A stretch of 64,000 nt of DNA from Raillietiella orientalis (taxonomy: Eukaryota), in contig JAYWIR010000022.1 of the NCBI GenBank assembly GCA_036172245.1, forward strand, positions 1,054,001-1,118,000, read 5' to 3'. Positions 25,128 through 37,469 of this stretch are shown here, in pieces; position 1 is the stretch's first letter; every line of letters begins with the position of its first letter. The position numbers and the translations under genes were made by a program. The notes beneath the pieces are model-generated. The model was not told the DNA's origin, did no database searches, and saw nothing but the letters and a program-made list of their open reading frames with translations.

Positions 25128-27400
25128 TCACTCAATTACGATCACGCCCCTGAGAGCTTTTCTTCCCCAAGCGGGAAGGGGGGACGGAAACGTTTTCAGT
25201 GGGCACTTTGGCCGGCATTGACCGTCGAGCTGCTCGAGTGCTTCCCGAGGTGCTCTGGTCACCCCTGCTGCGATAACGTTCCTGCGAGCGTTCGGAACTT
25301 GGCTCACCGTGGTATCTGATTTCTTAAGAGCCAGGTGTTCGGTTCGAGGTCTCCAATGGCTCCGAGCACGAATCTTCTCCTCTGCTTTGGAGAGGGGAAA
25401 GATCTGTGCTCGGAGCACATTTTTACAACCGGAGGGGAACTCCGAGGGCTTCTTGATTCCTGGAAGGACCATGGAGGTTCAAGTTCCAATACCGACCAGT
25501 CAACGGAGAGCACAAGGTGTTTAAACCCCACCGGCGCCTCACCCTCGCGGGTGTTCTGGGGAACACTCATTCCACGGAAAATCCTGCATGATTGGAAACG
25601 TTGATCTGTAGCCCCATCCTCCTCAGCTCCGCTCTACCCAGAAGTCCTCTCTCGCGGAAGTCTGTTTTAACATGTTGCTGAGGAAAATGGGACCTCCAGG
25701 GAATCCAAGATGGGAAGTGGGAGCGAAAGCACCTCCAACAGGAGCAATCTGTTCCATCGGCTGGCGCTTCCCCAGCGTCTGTACTCTATGTGAGGATACC
25801 CCACAGACGTTATAGTCAACGCAATTTTGAGGTCGTTCCCTAAGCAAACCAACCAACCAGTTTACCAGGTTTAAGGGGATCTTCCAACGGTTTTTCTTGC
25901 ACGCTCTGCATGCTGAACCCAAGGAGCTGCGAGCCAGTCCATCCTGGAGGAGATGGGCTGGTCCGTAGCTCCTGACGTCTGGATAGTGACGATGACGATA
26001 TGAGCTGGAAGAATGAGTAGAACCTCTTGCTTGGACTCAGGTTATGGCGGTGCACCCTCTTGGAAGAAAAGCGGGGTTCCTCATGAACGTCGGAGGATGC
26101 GTGTAGCACGCTGAGTGGGATTCTGAAGAGCTTTAGGAGATTCTTCCCTTTTTCCATCCTCTTGAAGGCCTTCCTGCTGAGCGAAAACTTTGCCTCCCTC
26201 CCGGGTCTCCAGAGAATCATCTTCGGTCAACAGAATGCTACGGCCGCGGGAACTCTCTGCTTGCGGCAGTTCCGGATGCTGAGCAGCGAGCAGAGGGGGA
26301 TGCTCCAGGCTGGATGCTTAGGATCATGGGCACGCGTTCGGATAGATTAGAGCTGGTGCGTTCCCGCGAGCCGAGAACACCACACGGCAGGGCTTCCTGG
26401 CTCGCGAAGGATCTCCGGAAACCATCCGTTCACGGAAGGGAGGAAACTCCGTGCACCCTACGCTCCGCTCCTCGCGCCCGCTGCAAACCGGATGCGCTTC
26501 AGGACTCACCTGACGTCTGGATAGTGCTACAGCATCTTGAGGACGGTTCGGGAACAGCTCTATGCACTTCACTGTTTCCTCGTAAACCCTCCCTCCTTCT
26601 TCCCCAGGGTGACGTCGAGGGCGCCGGTAGACGTGTATGAGCTGGAAGAATGGATAGGACCTCTTGCTTGGGCTCTCCGAGGAAGGGAGGAGGACAATTG
26701 TGCCGGTATGCACCGGAGGGAGGGAGTGTGCTCGAAGACATCTGCGGGAGCTTCGTGAAGATCCCCGCGGGAAGCTTCCTCCACTGCCACCCGGCCCACG
26801 CAAGCGATTCTCTGCGGGCGACGGGAGAGAAAGGAGAGGGGAAGGGTGGTCTCCTGTAGGGGTCAGCTGATCATCACCTCTTGGCGAGGTTCAGAGGAAG
26901 TCGCGCTCCCAGACCCTCTTCCTCCACCATTCCTTTCAGGGTCCTCCCTACATCCCTGAAAGGCCGATTTCCCAAGAAAAAGGAGTTCAGCCACTCAGGG
27001 GGGCAAAGTGGGGCGTTGGAGGAAGGAAGAGGAAGAAAAAGAGTTCTCAAGCAGCCCAGAACGAAAAAAAATAGAGAAAAGTGAGGACAATGCGAGAAGA
27101 AAGCTAAGCACGCTCGTACAGCAAATCGCTCTGGAAAGCGAGGAGGGAAGGACCGGACAGAGGAGGCGGGGGGAGGGATTCAGAGAAGGGGGCGAGAAAG
27201 GGAACATTCCAGTATCCGTCGGCGGGACCCCTGCTTACGTCAATGTACAGCCTGAGTGAGCATCCCAGCACGGCATTGCTAATCTTCACCGCGCCATCGA
27301 TCCGCGTCATCGTGTTTTTTTTCACTACGTACTTGAAGTTCCACATGTACAGGCTCAAGAGGTGGAAGGTGTCGGTCTTCTTCTTGATTCTGGAACACAT
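25128..27400 (-). pseudogene. Spliced arrestin-like copy 19 with internal duplication
   Basis: IKKKTDTFHLLSLYMWNFKYV...TRIDGAVKI matches the N-terminal block, followed by a GTAAGC donor near 27238; LGNDLKIALTIT ~ HGEPISVNVHVT; SDTT shared with copy 16. Confidence 0.7.
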
Positions 27401-28605
27401 AGGCAGGGAAAGAGAAGAGGAACGCTCTCCGACGCGCCCCTGATGCACACAGAATGACATCCCTTTCTTTCCCCAACGGGAAGACTTCCCTTCTCGTCCT
27501 TGCTCTACACAACAGGCTGGAAAGAGCTCCCGGGATGCTTCCGGTCTGCAGTGGTTTCGCATTCGTCCCCCTCGCCCTCCCGTGGGAGTCGGGGAAAGCA
27601 ACGAAAAGAACCGAGCGAAAGGGAAGGCACCGCAGCTTCTGGGCCAGGGGCACCACCCGAAAGAAGAGGAGCAAAGAATGTGGAAAAGGAGTCCACGCCT
27701 TCTGCGACCCTGCGGTGCTCTCAACGTGAGAAAGACGTTTCAGCAAAGCAGTCGTCTTCAGGGATTGCGGAGGTAGCTCCTTAAATCCCCCTGAGGATGT
27801 CAGCACTCCTTCCGGAGAGACTATCATCATCCTGCTAGTTCTTCCTCTTCCTCGTCCTCTGGTGATCTGTGTAGGATGAATCCTTGCCTACCGACTTCAT
27901 CGGCAGCTACTGCCATTCCCGATGTCTTCGGAGCAGGTCCAGACCTTCCCTAGGAAGCAGGAAAATGGTCCAACCTCTTCTTCACTCTCGAGTTCCCAAC
28001 CCGTGTCCGAAAGGGGTTCCAGAGCACAAGAGAGAAGGAAGGGGAAGAGCGAGGACTCCCGTTTCTGGATCTGCTGGTCAGGAGAGGAACGGCTGCAGGA
28101 CGGGGCACGCGGTAAAGAAGTGCGTGCTTGGGAGGAGGAGCTGGGACAAGGGCTCTGCTTCGGTTCTCCTATCAGGCTGGAGTGTCCGAAAAAGCTTTTC
28201 CCTGGAAGAACGCTTTCGTCTGGAGGAAAATGGCGACGGCAGGATCCGTTGCTCCTCCGACAGGGAAGAGAGAACAATTCGCGAACAAGCATGTCCCACT
28301 CGGCCCGATTCTCCTGCACAAAAAAGAGGGACGTAGGGAAACGGTTGGTCTTCGAGAGGAGCAACTGCAAAGGTGCACGAGAGAGGGTGGAGCCCTCTCA
28401 CAGAAGGGCACAGCCATGGACGCGGATCGAGCGAGACCAGTCGCGGCACCTCAGGAGGGGGATGCCTGCAGATGAAGAAATCCCTTTGGGGGAATATACG
28501 GAAGCTGCTCCCGGCCGGAAATCTCAAAGGGTGGGTAGAGAAAGGTCAAAAAACAAGCAGATCTGACAAAAAAAAAAAAAAAACACGCATCTTGGGAAAA
28601 AAAAA

Positions 28606-30357
28606 TTACCCCAAACCCCTGAGGACATCCTCGTCTACTTTTTTGAACCGCAGCAGGGACTCCACCATGGATTCCGGGAGGCCACTCTTCTCTAGGTGGC
28701 CACGGTGCTGGAGGGACGGTGAATCGCACCATAACAGGGGAGCCACCAGTCCTTCATCTCCTTCGGGTTCTATGTACGTGTGATCCAGGTCATACGTCGA
28801 GGCGTACCCTGTCCACAGATACAGTTGCACGGGAGGGCACACTTGGTCCTTACCCGAGCCTCCCAGCGAAGGGCAGACCTCTGCTCCCCTCGCAGGCGTT
28901 AGCCGGTGAGAAGGGCCTCCCTCTGCTCCCCTCGCAGCCGTTAGCTCGTGAGAAGGGCCTCCCTCTGCTCCCCTCGCAGCCGTTAGCTCGTGAGAAGGGC
29001 CGGCCTCTGCTCCCCTCGCAGCCGTTAGCTCGTGAGAACGGCCGGCCTCTGCTCCCCTCGTAACAGCCCAGACGTGTGGAGGGCCGGCCTTCGCTCCTCT
29101 CGCGGGCACCCGCCCGTGTCCAGGGCCGGCCCCCGCCCCTCTCGCGGGCGTCCGCCCGTGTGGAAGGCCGGCCTCCGCCCCTCTCGCGGGCGTCCGCCTG
29201 TGTGGAAGGCCGGCCTCCGCTCCTCTCGCGGGCGTCCGCCCGTGTGGAAGGCCGGCCCCCGCTCCTCTCGCGGGCGTCCGCCCGTGTGGAAGGCCGACCT
29301 CCGCTTCCTCCGCGGGCGTCCGCCCGTGTGCAGGGCCGGCCTCCGCTCCTCTCGCGGGCGTCCGCCCGTGTGGAAGGTCGGCCTCCTCTCCTCTCGCGGG
29401 CGTCCGCCCGTGTGCAGGGCCGGCCCCCGCTCCTCTCGTGGGCGTCCGCCCGTGTGGAAGGTCGGCCTCCTCTCCTCTCGCGGGCGTCCGCCCGTGTGGA
29501 GGACCGGCTTCCTCTCTCGCGGGCGTCCGCCCGTGTGGAAGGCCGGCCTCCGCTCCTCTCGCGGGCGTCCGCCCGTGTGGAAGGCCGGCCTCCGCTCTTC
29601 TCGCGGGAGTCTGCCCGTGAGAAGGGCCGGCCTCCTCTCCTCTCGCGATCTGTCGTGCTTTCAATTCCTGTCTCCAAGTTTCCATTTCTTTCAGCTCCTC
29701 TGGAGTCCATTCGCTTTCCGGCGTGAACGAGATTTCCGGCAACTGGGATCCTTTGGTGTCACCGCCCCAGCGACTTTGAGGAGAAAAGCTTGTTGTTTCC
29801 GGTTCCACCGCCTCTTGATCACCTCCCTTTTCCACCGAGAATGTAGTTTCGCCCATATACTGTAGCGACCACACAGTCTCCGTACTGCTGACAGAGGGTA
29901 AACTCGTAGTTGTCGAGCTGCTTCCCGTGGGGCAGATGGGTCGCAGTTCCGATCCAAACTCCTCAACCACTTTCTGTCGACTAAGATCCTTCTTCGAGGG
30001 AAATTTCTGGATCTTTTTCATGAGTTTGCGCAAGGCATCTCCGAACTTGGGATTCTTGAGGTGTTTCCTACGCGGCAGTACAAGACTGCAGATGTTATCC
30101 CAGGATTTCCTCAGGTCGCTCGCATGGAAGATGACCTTCCTATCTTTTGCAAACTCTCCTGCTAGTACTTCAAGATGGAAGCACCTTGTAGTCACAAGCT
30201 TCTCACCTTTTTGCCGAGCGACAGCACCTGCAGCAGCTCCCTCTCGGTCAGATCTTCCCGGAGAAAGAGGCGCAAGGCTGGAATCCATCTCTTGCATCTC
30301 TATTTCTTCCTCTTCTACTCTCTCCAGACACTCCAAAGTTTCCTTCAGCAAGCTCAT
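28606..30357 (-). CDS. 583-aa exon: charged region, 18 x 14-aa repeats, then start of an arrestin N-domain
   Basis: Longest ORF in the window. Ends VQLYLW...IEPEGDEGLV...CDSPSLQHR...RFKKVDEDVLRGLG ~ LTVYLG...VDPVDGVV..VDPEYLKER...AFRYGREDLDVLG. The terminal TAA lies in a G|GTAATT donor-like site. Confidence 0.65.
   Translation of the reverse strand: MSLLKETLECLERVEEEEIEMQEMDSSLAPLSPGRSDREGAAAGAVARQKGEKLVTTRCFHLEVLAGEFAKDRKVIFHASDLRKSWDNICSLVLPRRKHLKNPKFGDALRKLMKKIQKFPSKKDLSRQKVVEEFGSELRPICPTGSSSTTTSLPSVSSTETVWSLQYMGETTFSVEKGGDQEAVEPETTSFSPQSRWGGDTKGSQLPEISFTPESEWTPEELKEMETWRQELKARQIARGEEAGPSHGQTPARRAEAGLPHGRTPARGAEAGLPHGRTPAREEAGPPHGRTPARGEEADLPHGRTPTRGAGAGPAHGRTPARGEEADLPHGRTPARGAEAGPAHGRTPAEEAEVGLPHGRTPARGAGAGLPHGRTPARGAEAGLPHRRTPARGAEAGLPHGRTPARGAGAGPGHGRVPARGAKAGPPHVWAVTRGAEAGRSHELTAARGAEAGPSHELTAARGAEGGPSHELTAARGAEGGPSHRLTPARGAEVCPSLGGSGKDQVCPPVQLYLWTGYASTYDLDHTYIEPEGDEGLVAPLLWCDSPSLQHRGHLEKSGLPESMVESLLRFKKVDEDVLRGLG
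28868..29647. repeat. 42-bp GC-rich coding minisatellite, about 18 units in two subtypes
   Basis: Unit ggcctccgctcctctcgcgggcgtccgcccgtgtggaaggcc (HGRTPARGAEAGLP) and a variant encoding SHELTAARGAEAGP; one unit is 39 bp. Confidence 0.95.
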
Positions 30358-30506
30358 CTGCAGAACAGTTTCCGTCTCTTTTTTCTTTTTTGACGCCCTT
30401 CGACTCCCGGAACTCGTTTTCTGGACAGACCCTTGTGCTCAGATAGCTCTTCGACCATTTACCTTTACCTCGGAGGATCCTGTAGAATGCGCACCGCCGT
30501 CTAGCG

Positions 30507-30569
30507 CTTTGTTCTCATCGTCTTGTGTTTTGTTCCCATCGTCCTGTGTTTTGTTCCCATCGTCCTGTC
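30507..30569. repeat. 21-bp tandem repeat, about 3 units
   Basis: catcgtc(c/t)tgtgttttgttcc units encoding QDDGNKT on the minus strand. Confidence 0.85.
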
Positions 30570-31246
30570 CAAGGGTTAGCTCCCGCTCATCTGCTATCTG
30601 ACCTATTTCCGCCAGATTAGTAGATCCGGCATTCTCGTCCCCTTCTCTTACGTGTTCTGTACGGGTACCCTTCATCCGGGGCTAGAACCGCAGCGGCTTC
30701 GAAAACTTGGAAGCTCCACGTTTCTGAGCTCGATTCCCCAAGAGGATCTTTTCCGTCGTCTTTTGAAGTCATGCTTTCCTGATCCTCGTATCTGATCTGC
30801 AATACCAAAGAGCTGGTGAGGACGTCGAGCTCCGGGTGCAGGGAGTTTCAAAAAAGTCTGCACGTGAGCAATCGCGGAAACGCAGCGAAGAGCAACCCTT
30901 GTCTGAAGGCAACCACCGACTGTCCCTTCCCTGCCCGGTTGACCGAGGGTTCGCATCCTTGGCTAGACGTTTCTTGTCTTCGCGGATGCGGGACGAGGAA
31001 ATCGAGCCTGAGAAGAGCCCAAAATTACGCCGATTCTCTTCGAATCACCGTCCGTCTCTCTCCACGGGAAAGAACGCTCTCCCTCATATCCCTCCGACAG
31101 TCTTACCTTCTCACTAGGGCCCGCTTGACCCTACGAGATCACAGCGCCTCGAGATGGGTTCCCCGGTGCAGAGACACACGTCAGACCGATGACTTCACGG
31201 TGACCTTGCACGCCACCGCATGGTGCGCGTTAGGCCAACAGAGCTC

Positions 31247-31253
31247 TTTTATA
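31247..31253 (-). promoter_or_regulatory. TATA box upstream of copy 20
   Basis: TATAAAA on the minus strand; AG|GTAAGA donor near 31106 downstream. Confidence 0.4.
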
Positions 31254-32049
31254 GCCTTTTGGGTTATTCAGGTTCATAGCGAAGGCTTCTGGAACTCACG
31301 TTCAAAGCGTGGAATACTTCTGGCGTTTCTGTCCCCCAGAAAAAAAAAAAAAAAAATCTAAAAAACGTTCTGCTTTTATGGGGTGGATAGGTCCATTGTA
31401 GATCACAGTTGCTGGAAAGGCAAAAAAAAAAAAAAAAAACGAAGGCATCTGCTACGTTTTTACTGTTCAGCAGTGTTGTTATGGCCACAAAATAGAGCCT
31501 GCTGAGAAGCAGGGCCGCCATGATTCTCGGAAGCGTCTGAGAAGTGAAATTTCTAGCCGAGAGTCTGCGAAGGCTGACTTCTGCCGAGTTGGTGGTCGAC
31601 GAGATGTTCGAGGCAACGGAGCTTCTGAAAACAGCACGCAGCCTTCCCTAGGCAGCTGGAGGGCGGGGAGGAGGAGGGAGATTCGAGCCGAACAAAGTGG
31701 GAATCTGCGGCTCTTGCGCATCGAAGAACAAGCTGTTCGGCAGGTCCCGTCTTTTCCACTCTTCGATGTCTGGTTTGAGTTAGCTTCTCGCCCCCCCCCC
31801 CCCCCATTTCCCCCTCCACCTCCTGCTTTACCCAGCTATTGAGGGGCGGCATTACAAAAAAGCCACTGCATGCCCCAAGCGTGCCGCAGCCGCACCGACA
31901 GGTTGTAGACCTCCACCATCGCTGTTCCCCTCGAGGGCGCGCAGCCACACGCCCTTGGAACCGAGGGAACCCGCTTACGGGAACTTTCGAGAGGCCTGAG
32001 TACTCTCGCGCGACTTGCCGCTGAGCTGAGCTCTAGTGGCATCAGAAGA

Positions 32050-34305
32050 GCCAGTGGTTGAATTTCGAACGTCCGATCCTCGTTTCTAAAGTTCCCGGAA
32101 CCTGGATAACGTGTTTCGTGGCTGGCGATGAAGAACTGGAGGCATTCGAAGGCATTCACGTATAATGCAAGCACGAGAACAGGAGAGGCAGTGAGCTCTG
32201 GACGCAAGAGTTCTCTGGATGTCGGGAAAATGGGCAGGTGGCTGACGTAAGGGAGCAGACTTCCTGCTGGATAAGCGGGCTCGAGGGAAGCGAACTAAGA
32301 ATGAAGAATTGCGACAACAGGGAGATGAGCTAATGGGATGCAGAAACCAGAAAGGTGAGAAAGACAGATAAGCGGAAGGAGTGTCGGAGCTGAGGGTTCT
32401 TCGTCAAACATGGATTCCCTGCTAGCAATGCGCAAAGCTCACTGTTGGGAGTGACGTCACTGAAATTCCCATATTTCACACTTCTCTCGATGCCAAGAAA
32501 GCGGTTTGTAGCCGCGTGCTTGAATCGTTGCAGATATCAAATCCTGCAACTTTCCTTGCGTCTTGTTTCCAAGGCAAATGCAAAATGAGCCTTGCTTTCT
32601 TTCTTCTGCCTTGCTCCCACGTCTTAGCGATTTCTTCTGATCTTTTGAAAAGACAGTAAGCTGTCCGCTTGCTTCTCAGTGAGTAAGGGCATCCCTTCTA
32701 CCTTGTTTGAAAGACCCATGTGCGTATCCGTGTAGTTGCCAAGAGCACCTTCGTTGTTAGCATCCCGTCTAAGTCAAAATTGCAAGTTGATGGCTGTTCG
32801 CAAATGCAGGTAAAGGAATGCTTCAAGAGATACTCCGAAGAATATTACAGAACCAATGCACTGGCAAGCAAAGATGTACGGGGAGGTGAGATGAGGAGAT
32901 CAGAGAGCATCGGCACATTGCATTTGATTTTGCATTCTTTATATGCCCACCTGCTTAAGCATAGTATCAAGAACTCTGAAGTCCTTAAAGTCAGGAGGTG
33001 CAGACCGAAATCCGAAAAGGAAATTCAAGAATCAAACTTCAGGTTCGCCTAAGAATTGCAGCACCTGGAATGAAAAAAAAAAAAAAATGGAGGCATCCGG
33101 ACATCTGGAAGCTTATTCGCAAACTCAGATTTTGGGATGGTTGCTAACAAGGGGATACATCGGAAAAGCAACAGGTTCAGGAAGAAGAGACAGCCAGATG
33201 GATTTTCGCGTTGGGTCTCCCCTTGTACCGCAACGGAACGGGATGCTAGGGAAAGACTCCGTTGGCCCTTAAGACCATTATGTGCCAAAAGAATGTTGCA
33301 AAAGCAAGAAAGAGAGTAGCCGATAAGCGGTAACTAGAGGATCTCGAAGTTTTAGTAGTGAAGATTACGTTCATATGGAGACAACATCAAAACGGAACTG
33401 AGACAGGTTGAAAATCTACATGGATGTTCCTTCTTAAAAACACACAGAAAAAAATCATTGAAATGCTAAATAATTTTTGATTCTTTTGTAGCTATAGATT
33501 TCTTTTGAAGAAATTTAGGGAAATCCTTATGCAGAGGCTAAGTCTTCACAGTTAAGTCTGGCTCAATGAGCGATCTCATGTACTATGTACTCATGGATTG
33601 CTGATCCTTGATGAGCATTTTCATCGAAGTCTGCCTTTAATTCTCTTTTTCAGAAACATTTTTTTGAGAGTCAGCTGCTGACAAGAGCTGGATAGAACCT
33701 CCCTATAGCACTTCTCAAGATCTTCTCTAAGCATTTCTCTTAAGGATGCATCCAATCCATAGGACACCTTGGAGAAATTATGGTAGGCAACAGTTACGTC
33801 ATCCGAACTGCTGATCGTCTCGGCGCCACCTTAGGGGATGGTTGCAGACAAAGGCCCTGTCCTGACCTTTCTCTGCAGTGACTGGAGATAATGACATGGC
33901 AACAAATGCGGAAGCTCAGGGAAGCATTAGAGTGAAAGACAAGTTTGCTTCAAAGCAGATCGAAACACTTCTAGGAAATCTATCTCTTATGGGATTGATT
34001 TCCGTAGAAAATTCAAAAGTGGAACACCAGTTGACAAACCTTTAGTCGTCGAAGGCCTTTAAAACTTTTAGAGGCTCGGATCTTGCTCTCTAGGATTGTC
34101 ACTTCTAGGAGTTTTCTTACAAGCACTTCCAGAGAATGCAACTGAAGGAAGTGAATCACAAGATGAACGCAAGAAGAAGAAAAAAAAAACTTGAAAGCTT
34201 CAGTTTTCCCAGAGAACTGAAAGAGAATATTCTCTTTTGGATAAAGGCCAAAACAAATAGAATAATTATTTCAGAATGGATCAAGAAATGCTACGCAATG
34301 TCTGA
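32050..34305 (+). pseudogene. Arrestin-like copy 21 (probably spliced)
   Basis: PGTWITCFV...LEAFEGIHV; FALGLPLYRNG ~ ASLDKEIYYHG; KNVAKAR ~ KTVKKIK; KVEHQLTNL*SS ~ KLKHEDTNLASS; FSYK ~ VSYK. Confidence 0.7.
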
Positions 34306-34449
34306 ATAGGATGGGAGATGTTAAAGGATGTATTGGGGAATGTCTCTGTTCAAGGATGAATGTTTTTTTTTTTTTGTATCGATATGCAGGAAACGTCTGA
34401 AAACTCCCCTTAAACATACATCTGGATATCTGTAGCAATCCCGTCTTTG

Positions 34450-35470
34450 TTCTGGGAATCCTTGTAGAGGTTCCCCGCTCCCCTAACTCACGTGTATGAA
34501 CCGATTTCTGATTCTTTTTGAAGTTGCCTCCCTCTACTTCCAGCTCTTGCTTGAGAATTTTGATTTTTCTTCTGTTAGAACCCCCCCCAAAGCCAAGCGA
34601 CTCTTCCAGTTTTGCATATTTTACTCATCCGGCTATCGTGGATGCTGCTGTGTTTTGCGGGATCCCCAGCATACAGCCTCTTTGAAGTGGTTCAGAGCAC
34701 CAGCTGCGGAGGTCAGTTCGTCCTTTCGAGATTACTCATCAATTTTTCGTCTTCCATACAGAACTTTAAAGCGAAATCCAACAAATTTCCAAACACAACG
34801 AACAGGCACGTCAGCTGTTTTTCGTGAAAAAGGAAAACAGGAGCATTCTCCTCCTCTACCCACGTACATGGGAAGTACTTAAAACAATTTCCAATAGAAT
34901 GTAGGAGCGGCTGATAACAAGTCGAGTGCTTCGCGTTTTGTTTTTGGCTGGATTAAAAGGGCTGATTTGCATCTGTAGATTTTGTAGCCTCCTATGCGAC
35001 GGAGGAGCAGCTGCACAGGTAATGGAAATATCTGCTCGCGTCCTCAACATCCCAAAGTCTTTCAGACTCCATCCATAGCCATGCACGTGTCATAGGACTG
35101 TTTACTCAACGTACAGCAAGTACATCTAAAAGTTGTTGTTTTTTTAATTCCAAACAGTTAGCCATACAGGATGCTCCATCCGGCTGAGTTTCCATACATC
35201 AGTTCGAATTGGGATGAATGCTCGGATCATGAGAAGGAAAAGGTGAGAGTGTATGCTTGCGAGCACGGTTTGCAAAGATGGGTCAGGTGGAAAACTCGAA
35301 AGAGAGGCCTTTTTCAGCAACACAAAGGGGTATGTGCACTTCCCATCCACGATTGCTCTTTGCACCACCACGAGCTTGGAATCACTGAGCTTCTTTCTTC
35401 CTCGGAGGAAGAGTTCTGTCCCGCCACTCTCGTAGTCGCCCTTCCTGGATTTTTGCAGCAGGAATCTCGA
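34450..35470 (-). pseudogene. Arrestin-like copy 22
   Basis: LFLRGRKKLSD...IVDG; TRSTRLVISR ~ RNSVRLVIRK (ORF 34856-35086). Confidence 0.7.
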
Positions 35471-35599
35471 TCGTTCATCCGATCAATGACGAACTGATGA
35501 CTGAGTAATCAGGGAACAGGTAAGGGCATGAGGGAGGTCGCAAATGGGAACGGCAGTAACGATCGGAAAGTGCCATGATAGCGTGTTTCCACGGAACAC

Positions 35600-36720
35600 T
35601 TATTAACCATAGAGATCAATGGATGAGATCAGGAGAGGTGCATCGTGCGTAGAAACAGCATCCGGATTTTTGCTCGTCCCTCGCTCCCAGTCTAAGTGAA
35701 CCGGCCGCTGCCGAAAACCTCGAAAGGACGCGGTTTCGCCTCCTCTTCTTGACATCGTACCTGCTCTGGAGGAACGGTTTCACGACGTCCTGCAAGGCGC
35801 TGCTCTCCTACGAACTGTGCCGAGTGAGAAGGCGAAGAATTTCACGTGTCAGAAAGTCCTCCACGTGAGAAACCGTCGGGAAAACTAAGATCGGAGACCT
35901 TGTGCACCGATCAGGAACGCAAGGTGCCATCTGTCCCTCTCCCACAATTCCCAAGAATCTTCTCGTTGCAGAAGGCAGCAGGCCTTCGTGTGCCTGCGTA
36001 GATCCCTGCTCTCCATCTGTCTTCAAAGGCAATTTTTAACGCGCACTAAGAGCAAGAAGGAGCTGTGAATAAGTGAAGCCATCGCCCCAGGGCTTCCTTG
36101 ACTTTGCTGGTCATCTGCTGTCCTTCCGTTCTTCTTGCGATATTCCCTCGTTGACTCATTTCGCTTTTGCAATTTCCCATGCTGCTCTCCAGGACCAACC
36201 TCCACGGTTCATCGCATCTCTCAACAGTAGCGTGCAGCCTATGCCTCCACATGTTTAAGGTATTTCATTTGCACCCTAGCATCCTTAGTCTGATTTCCAC
36301 TCCGAAAGATCAAAGGCATCCCAGGATTACAGAGTGCTCCCAGCTTCCACATAGAATGCTTTTGCTTTTTGAATGGGATTTTCCAGATGTGATTTCATCT
36401 CCGAGTGACACTGCTGGAGAGGAAATGTAAATCGCAGCGATCCGATTTGCATATCTAAAAAGACAAAAAGGATGGAAAGAAGGGGTGCTTTCAATCTCAG
36501 GAAAAGTGGCTGCTGAGAGCTTCACGGCGAATGCCGACGCCATATCGGCGAAGGTCATCTCCGATTAGCGATCGATTGCAACCCTAGGAAGACCTGATCG
36601 TAATGACCTGATCTTCCGGGTATGTGAACTTGGAAACTGGTGAAGTAGTAAAGATTTGCATTTATTCCTGCGGGAGTTTTGGGACTACGAGAGCGAACGC
36701 GGCTTGTTGCGGAGCAATCC
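35600..36720 (-). pseudogene. Arrestin-like copy 23
   Basis: KTPAGINANLY...VHI; SFHPF; FLLLVRVKNCL*RQM ~ ISVNVHVTNNTNKTV. Confidence 0.5.
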
Positions 36721-37254
36721 TTTTCGGGGAAACACCAAGTGGCTTTTGAAACGAAACACCGTTGGACGCTTCGATCTCGGTTTTGTTGGTGAGCGCAGCT
36801 GCCAAGCACATGCCTGAAGACAAAAGCCGCTCGTGCTGGAAGTGGGTCGTCCTGAGCCTTCTACTTCTTCCTCCTGGTAATCACAATAACACGAATCCTG
36901 CAGTAGAACAAAAAAGTTGAGAAGTGCAAGCGAGGAACCATCTCGGGGAAACTTCGGAAAGATGAATCAACGACGAACGGTTAGACTACTTTGATGTCGT
37001 TGTCATGGCACCGTTCCTTTCGTGGACCATGGGGAAGGATTGCAGAAGTGGGAGCAAAAATAAATGCATAAAAGGTGCCGGCAGTTCGTAGCGTATTCAA
37101 ACCCGACTCTGAGAAGTGCAGCCTTTCGAAAATGACCAGCTGATTCTAATTGCTATTCACATCGCTCTTTTAAAGTCAAATTCGTTTCTAGAGTGCCCTC
37201 GAGACCTCTTTTTGTGTGTGTGTGTTTGGTTTTTTTTTATTTTTTTGAGCTGCT

Positions 37255-37261
37255 TTTTATA
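37255..37261 (-). promoter_or_regulatory. TATA box upstream of copy 23
   Basis: TATAAAA on the minus strand next to the AT-rich island. Confidence 0.3.
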
Positions 37262-37469
37262 GGCGAGGAACCTCCGTAGGCACAATCCAGTTCTTAAGCA
37301 GTGTCGCAACATCTACCAAATGGGTGGAATCACGAATCTGGAACGTGCCCACACCCTATTCTATAGAACTGCAGCCATGCCGTGTCAATAGAGGGAGTCC
37401 TCGACTTACGACAGAGTTCCATTCCAACGTCTTCGTCGTAAGTCGGTGCTGATGTTGAGTCGGGAACTT

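Larger units (their letters stand above)
27700..30675 (-). pseudogene. Arrestin-like copy 20 with long N-terminal extension (full gene structure unresolved)
   Basis: ORF 30439-30675 is in frame with the 583-aa ORF across one TGA. Downstream FPQRDFFIC ~ TFRKDLFVA. Distal exons look degraded. Confidence 0.55.

Noticed and set aside
28719..29865. Alternative-frame ORFs over the minisatellite, or a CRISPR-like array
   Set aside because: The 42-bp unit is nearly stop-free in several frames; units are contiguous with no unique spacers and no cas genes are present
1..31300. Endogenous DNA virus or Polinton (dense genes, TATA boxes, GC shift)
   Set aside because: No polymerase, capsid, packaging ATPase or integrase motifs were seen, and most of the fragments resolve as arrestin copies
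33085..33140. HPDIWKLI resembling a MULE transposase C-terminal motif
   Set aside because: No DDE core or terminal repeats; it lies colinearly within arrestin copy 21
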